A stretch of DNA of 57,968 nucleotides, taken from NCBI GenBank assembly GCA_964529765.1, contig CAZHAC010000001.1, positions 1 through 57,968 of the forward strand, written 5' to 3'. Every line of letters begins with the position of its first letter. Positions within the stretch are counted from its first letter, which is position 1. The notes beneath the pieces are model-generated. The model saw nothing but the letters and a program-made list of their open reading frames with translations. It was not told where the DNA came from and ran no database searches. Below, piece by piece: positions 35,748 through 45,246 of the stretch. A program made the position numbers and the translations under genes. The stretch is from an uncultured Actinomycetes bacterium. GTDB lineage: Bacteria; Chloroflexota; Dormibacteria; Dormibacterales; Dormibacteraceae.

Positions 35748-36614
35748 ATGCCGCTTCAGTACCAGGCGCTGATGGACTGGCCATTCGAGCCCGTCGAGGA
35801 GACCATCTCGCAGCGGGACGTGATGCTCTACGCGCTCGGCGTGGGGCTGGGGGCCGACCCCCTCGACGCCAGTCAGCTTTCCTTCGTCTACGAGCGAAAC
35901 CTGCGCGCGCTGCCCACGATGGCGGTCGTGGTAGGTCGCCCTGGCTTCTTCCTACAGGACCCAAGGGCCGGCGTCGACTGGAAGCAGATGCTGCACGGCG
36001 AGCAGTCGCTGACCATCCACCGCTTGCTGCCGGTCGGCCACCGCGTGGTGAGCCACAACAGGGTCGAGTCGGTGGTTGACAAAGGAGAGGGTCGGGGCGC
36101 TCTCGTCTATACGAGCCGCGAGACGCGAGACGCGGAGACCGGCGAGCTGCTCTGCGAGCAGGTGGCGACCCTGTTCTGCCGGGCCGACGGCGGGTTTGCG
36201 GGACCGGCAGGCCCGGTGCGGCCGGTGCATCCCGTTCCGGACACCGCCCCCGACGTTACCGTCGACCTGCGCACGCTGCCGCAGGCGGCGCTGATCTACC
36301 GGCTCAGCGGCGACTACAACCCGCTTCACGCCGACCCGGAGATCGCGGCTGCGGCCGGCTTCCCGCGTCCGATCCTGCACGGCCTTTGCACCTACGCGGT
36401 CGCCGGACACGCCCTGCTCGGCGAGCTGTGCGATTACCGCCCTGAGCTGGTGCGCAGGATGGACGTCCGCTTCAGCCGGCCCGTCTTCCCGGGCGAGACG
36501 ATTGGGACCGAGATCTGGCGGGAGGCGTGCGGTCGGGCCAGCTTCCGCTGCCGGGTTGTCGAGCGCGACGTGGTCGTGATCGACAACGGGCTCTTCGAGT
36601 ACTCGGCGGCATGA
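35748..36614 (+). CDS. MaoC-like double hot-dog (R)-specific enoyl-CoA hydratase
   Basis: Hydratase-2 motif YRLSGDYNPLHADPEIAAAAGFPRPILHG in the C-terminal half. 288 aa. Confidence 0.88.
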   Translation: MPLQYQALMDWPFEPVEETISQRDVMLYALGVGLGADPLDASQLSFVYERNLRALPTMAVVVGRPGFFLQDPRAGVDWKQMLHGEQSLTIHRLLPVGHRVVSHNRVESVVDKGEGRGALVYTSRETRDAETGELLCEQVATLFCRADGGFAGPAGPVRPVHPVPDTAPDVTVDLRTLPQAALIYRLSGDYNPLHADPEIAAAAGFPRPILHGLCTYAVAGHALLGELCDYRPELVRRMDVRFSRPVFPGETIGTEIWREACGRASFRCRVVERDVVVIDNGLFEYSAA

Positions 36615-37024
36615 CGCTCGAGGAGCGCCTTCGGCGCCTCGAGGACGAGCGCGCCATCGTGCGGGCGCTGGAGGCGTACGGACAGGCCATCGACTACGGC
36701 GACCGCGAGATGTTCCTGGGCATCTTCACCGCCGACGCCGCGCTCGACTACAGCGGAGCCGGACGCTTTGTCGGGACCGAGGAGATCGCCCAGTTCTTCT
36801 CCACGTTCAGCGCCCCCGAGACGTACAACAAGCACCTGGTGGTGCAGCCGCTGATCGAGATCAGCGGCGACGAGGCCAGCGTGCTGAGCTCCTTCCTGTT
36901 CCTTCAGAAGGGGTCCGAAGGTCCCATGCTGAGCCACTACGGCCGCTTCCACGACCGGCTGGTCCGCCAGCCTGACGGTTCCTGGCGAATCGCTCGTCGG
37001 AGGGCGGTGGGGGAGGCAGTCTAG
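36611..37024 (+). CDS. SnoaL/NTF2-like small protein
   Basis: ORF 36527.. trimmed to ATG 36611 (ATGA overlap). LEDERAIVRALEAYGQAIDYGDREMFLGIFTADAALDY is typical of SnoaL_4-type proteins. Confidence 0.7.
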   Translation: MTLEERLRRLEDERAIVRALEAYGQAIDYGDREMFLGIFTADAALDYSGAGRFVGTEEIAQFFSTFSAPETYNKHLVVQPLIEISGDEASVLSSFLFLQKGSEGPMLSHYGRFHDRLVRQPDGSWRIARRRAVGEAV

Positions 37025-37031
37025 GCAGGGT

Positions 37032-37049
37032 GCGGGGCTAAAGCCCGGC
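37032..37049. terminator. Weak hairpin between convergent genes (GCGGGGC-TAAA-GCCCGGC)
   Basis: 7-bp stem with one mismatch and a 4-nt loop, in the 27-bp gap between stops at 37024(+) and 37052(-). No T-tract. Confidence 0.3.
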
Positions 37050-37051
37050 GC

Positions 37052-38263
37052 TCAGACCCCGTACTTCCCGAAAAGCGCCACCGAGCACACGTTGGCGCTG
37101 GGGAAGCCGCCCAGGTTGTGGGTCAGCCCCAGCGCCGGCTCTTTGCGAAGCTGGCGGTCGCCGGCCCGGCCGTTCATCTGCAAGTAGATCTCGTAGATCA
37201 TCCGCAGTCCGGAGGCGCCGATCGGGTGGCCGAAGCACTTGAGGCCGCCGTCGATCTGGCAGGGGATGGTGCCGTCGGAGTCGTAGAAGCCTTCCAGCAC
37301 GTCGACCACAGCGCCACCCTCGGGCGAGATGAAGAGGTCCTCGACCGTCACCAGCTCGGTGATCGAAAAGCAGTCGTGGACCTCGATCAGACTCAGCTCA
37401 CTGCGTGGGTTGCTGACGCCGGCCTCCTCGTAGGCGCGCTTGGCGGCTTGCCGGGCGGTGGCGAAGTAGGTGCCGTCCCATGACTGGTGGCCGGCCTCCC
37501 GGCCGCTGGAGACCGCCACCTGGAGCGCCTTGACGGCGACCATGTCGTCCTTGCTCTTGCCGAGCCCGGCCGCGATCTCGGGGGTGGTGACGATGGCGGC
37601 GGCGGCTCCGTCGCTGACGCCGCAGCAATCGTAGAGACCGAGCGGCTCGGCGACCATCGGAGCGTTGAGGACGGTTTCGATGTCGATCGCGTTGCGCAGG
37701 TGAGCCTTCGGATTGCGGCTGGCGTTGTCGTGGCTTTTGACCGAGATGTGGGCCATCGCGCGCTTCAGGTCGCGCTTGTCGACGCCGTGCTTGGCCTGGT
37801 ACGCGCTGGCCAGCTGCGCGAATGAACCCGGCGCCGAGACGTTGGCCCAGTAGAGGTCGTTGACGCGGCCGCGGGTGCGCTGGGGAAGGCCACCGTAGCC
37901 GGTGTCCTTGAGCTTCTCGCTGCCGACCGCGAGAGCGACGTCGCAGGCTCCGGCGGCCACCGCGTAGACGGCCGCCCGGAACGCCTCGGTGCCCGACGCG
38001 CACTGGTTCTCGACGCGCGTGACCGGGATGTAAGGCAGGCGCAGGGCGGAGGCCATCGGCACCGCCGACTTGCCCACGCTCTGCTCCTCGATGCAGGTGG
38101 AGAACCATGCCGCTTCGATGTCCTCGGTACCGACGCCGGCATCGGCGAGCGCCTCCGTGTACGCCTCCACCATGAGGTCTTCGGCGTCGGCGTCCCAGCG
38201 CTCGCCGAAGCGGGAGCAGCCCATCCCCAAGATGACGACTCGGTCTTTGATGCCACTGGCCAT
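37052..38263 (-). CDS. SCP-x/Ltp-type thiolase-fold protein
   Basis: ORF ..38383 trimmed to ATG 38263 (4 nt after the upstream stop). VVILGMGCSRFGERW, VENQCASGTEAF and CFGHPIGASGLRM. 403 aa. Confidence 0.88.
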   Translation of the reverse strand: MASGIKDRVVILGMGCSRFGERWDADAEDLMVEAYTEALADAGVGTEDIEAAWFSTCIEEQSVGKSAVPMASALRLPYIPVTRVENQCASGTEAFRAAVYAVAAGACDVALAVGSEKLKDTGYGGLPQRTRGRVNDLYWANVSAPGSFAQLASAYQAKHGVDKRDLKRAMAHISVKSHDNASRNPKAHLRNAIDIETVLNAPMVAEPLGLYDCCGVSDGAAAAIVTTPEIAAGLGKSKDDMVAVKALQVAVSSGREAGHQSWDGTYFATARQAAKRAYEEAGVSNPRSELSLIEVHDCFSITELVTVEDLFISPEGGAVVDVLEGFYDSDGTIPCQIDGGLKCFGHPIGASGLRMIYEIYLQMNGRAGDRQLRKEPALGLTHNLGGFPSANVCSVALFGKYGV

Positions 38264-38267
38264 TCGG

Positions 38268-39743
38268 CTACGCCTCCCTCGGCTCGGCAGGCTCTGCGGG
38301 AGCCGCCTTCCAGAAATAACGGGTGAAGCCGCGAGCGTTGTCGCGGTCTTTGATGCGGAAGACCATCCGCATCGGGCTCCCAACCTCGACTCCGCCTTCG
38401 CCGATGCCGGTGAAGTCGATCATCAGCCGGCCGCCTTCCTCGAAGTCGACCATTCCGTAGTAGGCGGGCGGGTCGGGTGTGTAGGTGAGGGTGTCGGCGG
38501 ACCAGCTGACGACCCGCGCTCGCGATTCGGCAAAGGAGTGCGGCTCCTGGCTGTCGACCGCGCGGCAGTCCGGGTTGACGCAGATCCGCAATCGCGGCAC
38601 CTGGTGGGTTCCGCACTGCCGGCAGCGGCCTCCGACGAGCGCGTTGAGAAGATCGTTGTGGCGGTAGTGGGCGGTCAGCGCCGTGCCCTTGTCCGTCTCC
38701 GCCCGGATGCCGCGGTCGATCTTGACGAGGTCGTTCAGCACCATGTAGCGCGGGTAGCTGCAGGGCCTCGCGTGGTCGAGGTGGCGGGTGACGCCGGTCC
38801 TGAGTTTTTGGTAGTCGGGCAGCGCTTCTGTGGTTTCGAAGATGAGCACGTCGACGCCCTGGCCGAAGCCGGCGACCAGGATCCGCTGGCCGGGGCTGGC
38901 TCTTTCGAGCACGTTCACGAGGAGCACCAGCGCATGTGCGGCGCCGGTGTCGCCGCAGTTGGCGGCCAGGTTGTCGGCGACTGATGTGTCCGGGATTTGG
39001 GCCGCCCTGGCGACGGCTTTGTCGACCCTGGCCAGCGGGCAGGCGAGCGCGAAGTGGTCGATCTGCGCCGGTTCGAGGCCGGCTTTGGCAAGCGCGGCCT
39101 TGATCGCGCGGGGCACGATCTTGAGGTAACCCTCCTCGCGCACCCAGCGCTCTTCCCACTGGTAGTCGAACTCTGAGCCCTCGCCCCGAAAGTGGTCGAC
39201 GAAGTCGACCGTGAGCGAGGCGCTTCCGAGCAGTCGCGCCACGCCTTCGCCTGGCCCGACGATCACGGCCGCCGCACCGTGGCCGGTGACCATCTCGGCG
39301 CTGGTCGCCGCCGGCGCCGACCGCTTCTCTGCGGCTATAGCGACGATTTGCTTTTTGCGCGCCGCAGCGGCCTCGAGAGCCGACCGCAAGGCGCCCGTGC
39401 CCGCGCGTTGGGAGCACGTGATGTCCTGCGCTGTCACCTCTTCGCCGAGGCCGAGCGCGGCGGCGACGACGCCCGAGTTGAGCCGGTCGGCGAACGGCAG
39501 GGTGGTGCTGCCGAGAAAGACGCCGTCGATGGTTCGCCGCTCGAAGCCGGTCAGTGCGTCGCGAGCGGCGTCGACGGCCATGGTCACGGAGTCCTCATCC
39601 CAGCCCGCCACCGACCGCTTGCCCTTAGCTCCCGATCGCAGCCCCGGGTTGACCCAGGCGTGGGTGGCCGCGATCTCCTCCCGGGAAGTCCGCAGCGGCG
39701 GCACGTAGCCACCGAAGGCGGCGATCCCAAGCACCTCGGCCAA
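38268..39743 (-). CDS. Fusion protein: HMG-CoA-synthase-like/KAS-III-like condensing-enzyme fold (N) + DUF35 zinc-ribbon/OB-fold domain (C)
   Basis: N-terminus GIAAFGGYVPPLRTSREEIA...AGWDEDSVTMAVDAARDAL...DITCSQRAGTGAL...IDHFALACP. C-terminus GGRCRQCGTHQVPRLRICVNPDC (4-Cys ribbon), then GMVDFEEGGRLMIDF...GSPMRMVFR (OB fold). Confidence 0.8.
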   Translation of the reverse strand: MAEVLGIAAFGGYVPPLRTSREEIAATHAWVNPGLRSGAKGKRSVAGWDEDSVTMAVDAARDALTGFERRTIDGVFLGSTTLPFADRLNSGVVAAALGLGEEVTAQDITCSQRAGTGALRSALEAAAARKKQIVAIAAEKRSAPAATSAEMVTGHGAAAVIVGPGEGVARLLGSASLTVDFVDHFRGEGSEFDYQWEERWVREEGYLKIVPRAIKAALAKAGLEPAQIDHFALACPLARVDKAVARAAQIPDTSVADNLAANCGDTGAAHALVLLVNVLERASPGQRILVAGFGQGVDVLIFETTEALPDYQKLRTGVTRHLDHARPCSYPRYMVLNDLVKIDRGIRAETDKGTALTAHYRHNDLLNALVGGRCRQCGTHQVPRLRICVNPDCRAVDSQEPHSFAESRARVVSWSADTLTYTPDPPAYYGMVDFEEGGRLMIDFTGIGEGGVEVGSPMRMVFRIKDRDNARGFTRYFWKAAPAEPAEPREA

Positions 39744-39763
39744 AGCGTGGTAAGTCTACGCCC

Positions 39764-39785
39764 CAGCTAACTCACGAGTAAGCTG
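39764..39785. promoter_or_regulatory. Imperfect 22-bp palindrome, degenerate operator-like site 4 (minus strand reads TTACTCGTGAGTTAG)
   Basis: CAGCTAACTCACGAGTAAGCTG in the 60-bp divergent gap between 39743(-) and 39804(+). Keeps TTACT-N5-GTTAG but only 10/16 of the site 1/2 consensus. Confidence 0.4.
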
Positions 39786-39803
39786 GGAACTCGATTTGAT
39801 GCG

Positions 39804-40610
39804 ATGCTATCGGCCGTGAGTGTCGACCAACTAACTGAGCACGTGTCGTATCAGCTCGACGGGGGCGTCGCTACCGTGACGTTGACCCGGCCAGAGGCGC
39901 GGAATGCTCTCAGTCCGGAGATGGGGAAGGGGCTCGCTGCGGCCGTCGCCCGGATCGAGGAGGACCGGCGCGTTCGAGCGGTCGTCCTTACCGGCGAAGG
40001 TTCCTGGTTCTGCGCGGGTGGCGACCTCAAGGGTTTTGCCGAACACGGGTTGGGTGTTGTCGATGGCGGCCTGGTCCACCGTGCGCTGATTGGGCTGCAC
40101 CGCCTTCCCGCGCCCGTCATTGCGGGGATCGCGGGCGGTGCTTTTGGGTTCGGACTGGGGCTCGCGTGCGCGTGCGACATCCGGATCGCGGAAGCTGAGG
40201 CCCGGTTCGCTGCCGGCTTTACCGGAATCGGGCTCAGCCCAGACTCGACCACCTCCTACTTCCTGCCTCGGCTGGTCGGGCCCTCGCGAGCGCGGGCCAT
40301 GATGCTCACCAACATTCCGATCATGGGCCGAGAGGCGAAGGAGTTTGGGTTGGTGTGGAGCCTTGCCGAGCCGGGGAAGGTGCTGGAGGAGGCGACTTTG
40401 CTTGCTCAGCGCGTAGCCGCATTGCCTTCGGCCGCGCTTGCGCGAGCCAAGGTGCTCCTCGAGGCGAGCTGGCTGAACTCCATAGAGCAGCAGGTTGACG
40501 TCGAGGTGGCGAACATCGTGCAGACGAGCGAGACGGCCGACTTCCGCGAGGGCGTCACTGCTTTCGTGGAGCGGCGGACGCCGCGATTCGACGCCACGCG
40601 AGGCGCTTAG
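39804..40610 (+). CDS. Enoyl-CoA hydratase/isomerase (crotonase fold)
   Basis: VTLTRPEARNAL, VVLTGEGSWFCAGGDLKG, AGIAGGAFGFG. Visibly lower GC3 than the upstream genes. Confidence 0.88.
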   Translation: MLSAVSVDQLTEHVSYQLDGGVATVTLTRPEARNALSPEMGKGLAAAVARIEEDRRVRAVVLTGEGSWFCAGGDLKGFAEHGLGVVDGGLVHRALIGLHRLPAPVIAGIAGGAFGFGLGLACACDIRIAEAEARFAAGFTGIGLSPDSTTSYFLPRLVGPSRARAMMLTNIPIMGREAKEFGLVWSLAEPGKVLEEATLLAQRVAALPSAALARAKVLLEASWLNSIEQQVDVEVANIVQTSETADFREGVTAFVERRTPRFDATRGA

Positions 40611-40618
40611 TCCCTTCG

Positions 40619-41788
40619 TTGAGCGACCAGGACCTTAACGAACCGGAGTTGTCGTCGATTGCTGAAGCCGTCCGTAAGCGCTGCGCGAGCTTCCCCGACG
40701 ACTACTGGTCCGACTGCGACGAGCAGCACCGCTTCCCGCATGAGTTTTATGCTGCGATGGCTGCCGACGGGTGGGTTGGCATGACGTTCCCCGAGGCCTA
40801 TGGCGGCGGAGGACTCGGGCTACGGCAGGCGACTGTTGTCATGCACGAAATCGCGGCCTCTGGGGCAGCGATGAATGGATGCACGCCGCTGCACCTCACG
40901 ATCTTCGCCCTCGAACCGATCGTCCGGTTCGGGAACGAGAGGCTCAAGTCGAGCTTTCTGCCGCGCGCAGCGGCTGGCGACCTGCACGTTGCGTTTGGCG
41001 TCACCGAGCCCGATGCGGGTAGCGACACCTCCCGGGTCCGGACCGCGGCGGTCAGGACCGGGGATGGCTGGCTGATAAGCGGCCAGAAGATCTGGACGTC
41101 GAAGGCACTCGAGGCCGAGCTGGTGCTGATCCTGGCGCGGACCGCTCCCGCATCACCGGAGGATCGCTTCGGCGGGCTCACGCTGTTCCTAGCCGATCTC
41201 GATCCCGAACATGTTGCGATCCGTCCGATTCCCAAGCTGGGGCGCAACGCCGTCGCCAGCTGCGAGACGTTCTATGACGAGCTGCCGGTCGAGGACTGGC
41301 GACTGGTGGGAGAGGAGGGAAAGGGCTTCCGGCATTTGCTCGTGGCCTTCAACGCTGAGCGGCTCCTGCTCGCTGCGGAGGCGATCGGTGTCGGGCATGT
41401 CGCCCTGAATCGCGCTGTGCAGTACGCCCGGAGCCGAAGTGTCTTCGGCCGTCCCATCGGCGCGAACCAGGCCATAAGTCATCCGCTGGCAGTCGCTTAC
41501 GCCCGACTAACAGCGGCCTGGAACCTGGTCCAGGTGGCCGCGCGCCACTACGACAGCGGGAAGCCCGATGGGACGGAGATCAACACCGCTAAATTCCTTG
41601 CGGCGGAGGCTGGGTTTTACGCTGCGGATCGCGCGCTGCAGACCCTGGGCGGTCAGGGGTATGCGCGCGAGAATCACGTTGAGCGCTACTGGCGCGAGGC
41701 AAGACTTATGCAGCTGGCGCCTATCAGTCAGGAGATGACCCTCAACTTCATCGCCGAGCACGGCCTGCGCTTGCCGCGCTCTCGCTGA
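40619..41788 (+). CDS. Acyl-CoA dehydrogenase
   Basis: GVTEPDAGSD, GQKIWTSKA, and a C-terminal ...ISQEMTLNFIAEHGLRLPRSR tail paralogous to the 30647 gene. TTG start. Confidence 0.9.
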   Translation: MSDQDLNEPELSSIAEAVRKRCASFPDDYWSDCDEQHRFPHEFYAAMAADGWVGMTFPEAYGGGGLGLRQATVVMHEIAASGAAMNGCTPLHLTIFALEPIVRFGNERLKSSFLPRAAAGDLHVAFGVTEPDAGSDTSRVRTAAVRTGDGWLISGQKIWTSKALEAELVLILARTAPASPEDRFGGLTLFLADLDPEHVAIRPIPKLGRNAVASCETFYDELPVEDWRLVGEEGKGFRHLLVAFNAERLLLAAEAIGVGHVALNRAVQYARSRSVFGRPIGANQAISHPLAVAYARLTAAWNLVQVAARHYDSGKPDGTEINTAKFLAAEAGFYAADRALQTLGGQGYARENHVERYWREARLMQLAPISQEMTLNFIAEHGLRLPRSR

Positions 41789-42060
41789 GTTCCGCGTCCA
41801 CTTACCGGGACACCCACAGGTCATTTTCCCACGACAGCGACATGGTTACGTCAAGGAAGGCGGGCAGCATGGGGTTCCGGTCGTTGCGATTCCAGGCCAA
41901 CCAATCGAAACTCATGCCGCGGGATCATCGAGCTCGCGCGTCACTACGCGCCGCCCACTGATCAGTTTGGCGAATCAACGGCCATCGTCACGCCAATGGC
42001 GGCGGCGCGAGGGCCAGGACGCTCTGCAGCTCGGTCGCCCCATGCATGATCTTTGGCGAG

Positions 42061-42834
42061 TTAGCTTCGCTGCTGTGGTGACGACGCAAGTCCCAGTTGG
42101 TTGATCGCAGTATCGCGCAGCTTGTACTTTTGGACCTTGCCGGTGACCGTCATCGGGAACTCTTTGACCGCAAGGACGTAGCGCGGCACCTTGTAGTGCG
42201 CGATCTTCTCCCGGCAGAACTCGCGCACCACCTCGGCGTCGAGCTGTGCTCCATCCCGAGGAATCACGAAGGCGACGATCTCCTCGCCATAGCGCTCGTC
42301 CGGAACTCCCACGACTTGCACGTCAGCGACGTCCGGATGGGCGTAGAGGAACTCCTCGATTTCTCTTGGATAGACGTTCTCCCCGCCTCGGATAATCATG
42401 TCCTTCGACCGTCCCACAATACGAACGTAGCCGTCGGCGTCCATCGTGGCGAGGTCGCCCGTATGCATCCAGCGCGCTCGGTCGATCGCCTCTGCGGTCT
42501 TGTCGGGCTCATTCCAGTACCCGAGCATGACGCTGTAACCGCGGGTGCACAGCTCGCCAGGCTGGCCGATCGGCACGCACGCGCCCGTAGCGGGGTCGAT
42601 GATCTTCACCTCGACGTGCGGATGCACCCGCCCGACCGTCTCAGTCCGATGCTCGACATCGTCATCGCGCCCGGTCTGGGTCGACACGGGAGACGTCTCC
42701 GTCATGCCGTAGCAGATGGTGACCTCCTCCATGTGCATGCGATCGATGACGCTACGCATCACCTCGACCGGGCAAGGTGACCCAGCCATGATTCCCGTGC
42801 GCAGGCTCGACAGGTCGAACGCCTCGAAGTCCGG

Positions 42835-42843
<9 letters not shown>
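42061..42843 (-). pseudogene. 5-prime-truncated acyl-CoA synthetase (C-terminal ~260 codons only)
   Basis: The frame opens right after a TAG at 42844-42846 and reads [25 protein letters not shown]...YGMTETSP...WMHTGD...[14 protein letters not shown]...GKVQKYKL. The N-terminal half with the TSGTTG P-loop is absent. Confidence 0.8.
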
Positions 42844-43439
<596 letters not shown>

Positions 43440-43451
43440 GCCGAGCGACAC

Positions 43452-44246
43452 TTAGGCGCCACGGCCGGTGCCCCAGATGCTCAAGGCTCCCAGAGGGAGC
43501 CAGAGATGGGATTGGGCGTTGTCGCACGGTGGGCTCCACTGGGGTACACAGTCGCTGTCGCCGGCGTCCAGCCCTGTACGTGACCAGCTCACAGGTCGAT
43601 GCGCATCCCGAGGTCGTGGTGGAACATGCCGGCCCGGTAGTCCCAATACGTGAAGATGCGCCGGCCGGGCCAGCGCTCCCGCACCACATCGTGCAGGCCC
43701 GTCGCCTGGAGGCCGGCGAGCGCCGCCCGCTCTGCCGCGGTCACGTGGGTCTGGCCGATGTACGCGTCGGGGTCGAAGACGTCGTCGTCGGTCGGCGCGA
43801 TGTTCATGTCCCCACAGACGATCGCCGAGGCGGGATCGCCGGCGACCATGTCGCGCAGCGCCACCAGCCACTCCAGCTTGTACCGATAGTGCTCTGAACC
43901 TGGCGTGCGGCCGTCGGGTACGTACACGGAATGGGGGCGGATCTCGCTGCCCGTCGCCGACAGCGCGCTGGCCTCCTGGTGCGGGAACCCCGGGGCGCCG
44001 GAGATGCCGGTCAAGACATCGCCCCGCCCGGGACAGGATCGCGACCCCGTTCCACTGCGCCTCGCCGTGGTGTGCGAACGCGTAGCCGCGCCGGGTCAGC
44101 TCGTCGCCGAGCGGCTCAACGAACGAGGTGTCAGTGAGCTTCGTCTCCTGCAGGCATGCGACGTCGGGCTGCCGGCCATCCAGCCACCGCAGCAGCTGCG
44201 GCACGCGCTGCTTGACCGAGTAGACATTCCAGGTTGCCACCCGCAC
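43452..44246 (-). pseudogene. xthA: Exodeoxyribonuclease III with at least two frameshifts
   Basis: N-terminus MRVATWNVYSVKQR...DVACLQETKL...NGVAILSRAG in one frame. The middle GISGAPGFP...VYVPDGR...CGDMNIAPTDDD...FTYWDYRAGMFHHDLGMRIDL is in a second frame (43589-44014). A degenerate tail returns to the first frame. Confidence 0.8.
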
Positions 44247-44298
44247 GACACATATAGGTAGCCAGCCACAACCGCCGTCGTCGGCGCCCTGGCCAGGC

Positions 44299-45246
44299 TC
44301 AGGTCAGCAGCTCGCACATGCAGTCCATCACGGCCCGGTGCGACGCTCCGGTCGCCGCTCTCACGTTTGGCGGATTGCCGGACCGACCGCGCCAGTCCGC
44401 GATCGAGGCTCCGTGGGCAATGTCGCCCCCCACGTCCACCGCCACGTAAGCCTCCTCCCAGCGTCCCAGCTCGGGGTGGAGGGTGAGCAGCCAGGCAAGC
44501 GGATCGTAGAGACCCTGGCCGCGACCGCGGATCCGCGACTCCCAGAACTTCAGCAGCTCGGCTGCCACGCTGGCTCCCGGCGTGCCCAGCCCGGTCAGTT
44601 GGTCCAGGTCCGCGCTCACCATTCGCGCCTCGAGACAGCCGTCGATAGGGACCAGTCGAAGGTCGCGAATGCCGGCGGCCAGCACGGTGCGGGCCGCCGC
44701 CGGGTCGGCGAGGAAATTGAACTCGGCGGCCATCGTCTCGTTGCCACCGGCCCGCAGGCTGCCGCCCATGACAGTCACTCCGCCCAGCCGGCCGGGCAGC
44801 TCCGGGTCGACCGCGATCGCCCTCGCGAGGTTCGTCAGGGGCCCCAAGCAGACCAGCTGCAGCTGGTCTGAGTGCTCACGCACGGCGGCGATCAGCGAGT
44901 CGACTGCTTCAGATGCGGAAGCGTCCGCCCAACGGCCGGCCGGTTTCCAGGCAAGGCCCCCCAGCCCGTCCGCGCCGTGGACTCCGTACGCTCGGCGCGG
45001 GTCACCCATCAGCGGCGTCTGAGCGCCGCGGCTCAATCGCGGCCTCCATCCCGCGGGAAGCAGCTCGCGGTCCTCCAGTACTGTCAGCAGCCGGCGCAGA
45101 TTGCGCCACGCCTCCGGCTCGTCAACGTTGCCCTGCACGGTCGAGATGCCGACCAGCGCCTCCCCTACCTCCCGCAGTGCCAGCAGGATGGCGAGGGCGT
45201 CGTCGAGACCGGGATCGGTATCGATCCAGTAGCAGCTTTCGCTCAC
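44299..45246 (-). CDS. Nucleoside hydrolase (IU-NH family)
   Basis: ORF ..45282 trimmed to GTG 45246 (GTGA overlap with the upstream stop). WIDTDPGLDDALAILLAL is the DxDxxxDD calcium/ribose-binding motif, followed by GISTVQGN. Confidence 0.88.
   Translation of the reverse strand: MSESCYWIDTDPGLDDALAILLALREVGEALVGISTVQGNVDEPEAWRNLRRLLTVLEDRELLPAGWRPRLSRGAQTPLMGDPRRAYGVHGADGLGGLAWKPAGRWADASASEAVDSLIAAVREHSDQLQLVCLGPLTNLARAIAVDPELPGRLGGVTVMGGSLRAGGNETMAAEFNFLADPAAARTVLAAGIRDLRLVPIDGCLEARMVSADLDQLTGLGTPGASVAAELLKFWESRIRGRGQGLYDPLAWLLTLHPELGRWEEAYVAVDVGGDIAHGASIADWRGRSGNPPNVRAATGASHRAVMDCMCELLT

Noticed and set aside
41789-42060. Apparently non-coding 272-bp stretch containing a 38-codon minus-strand ORF (MSFDWLAWNRNDRNPMLPAFLDVTMSLSWENDLWVSR).
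   Set aside because: It is too short and unanchored to call. It is probably another gene remnant in the decay zone and is covered by the compositional-shift finding.
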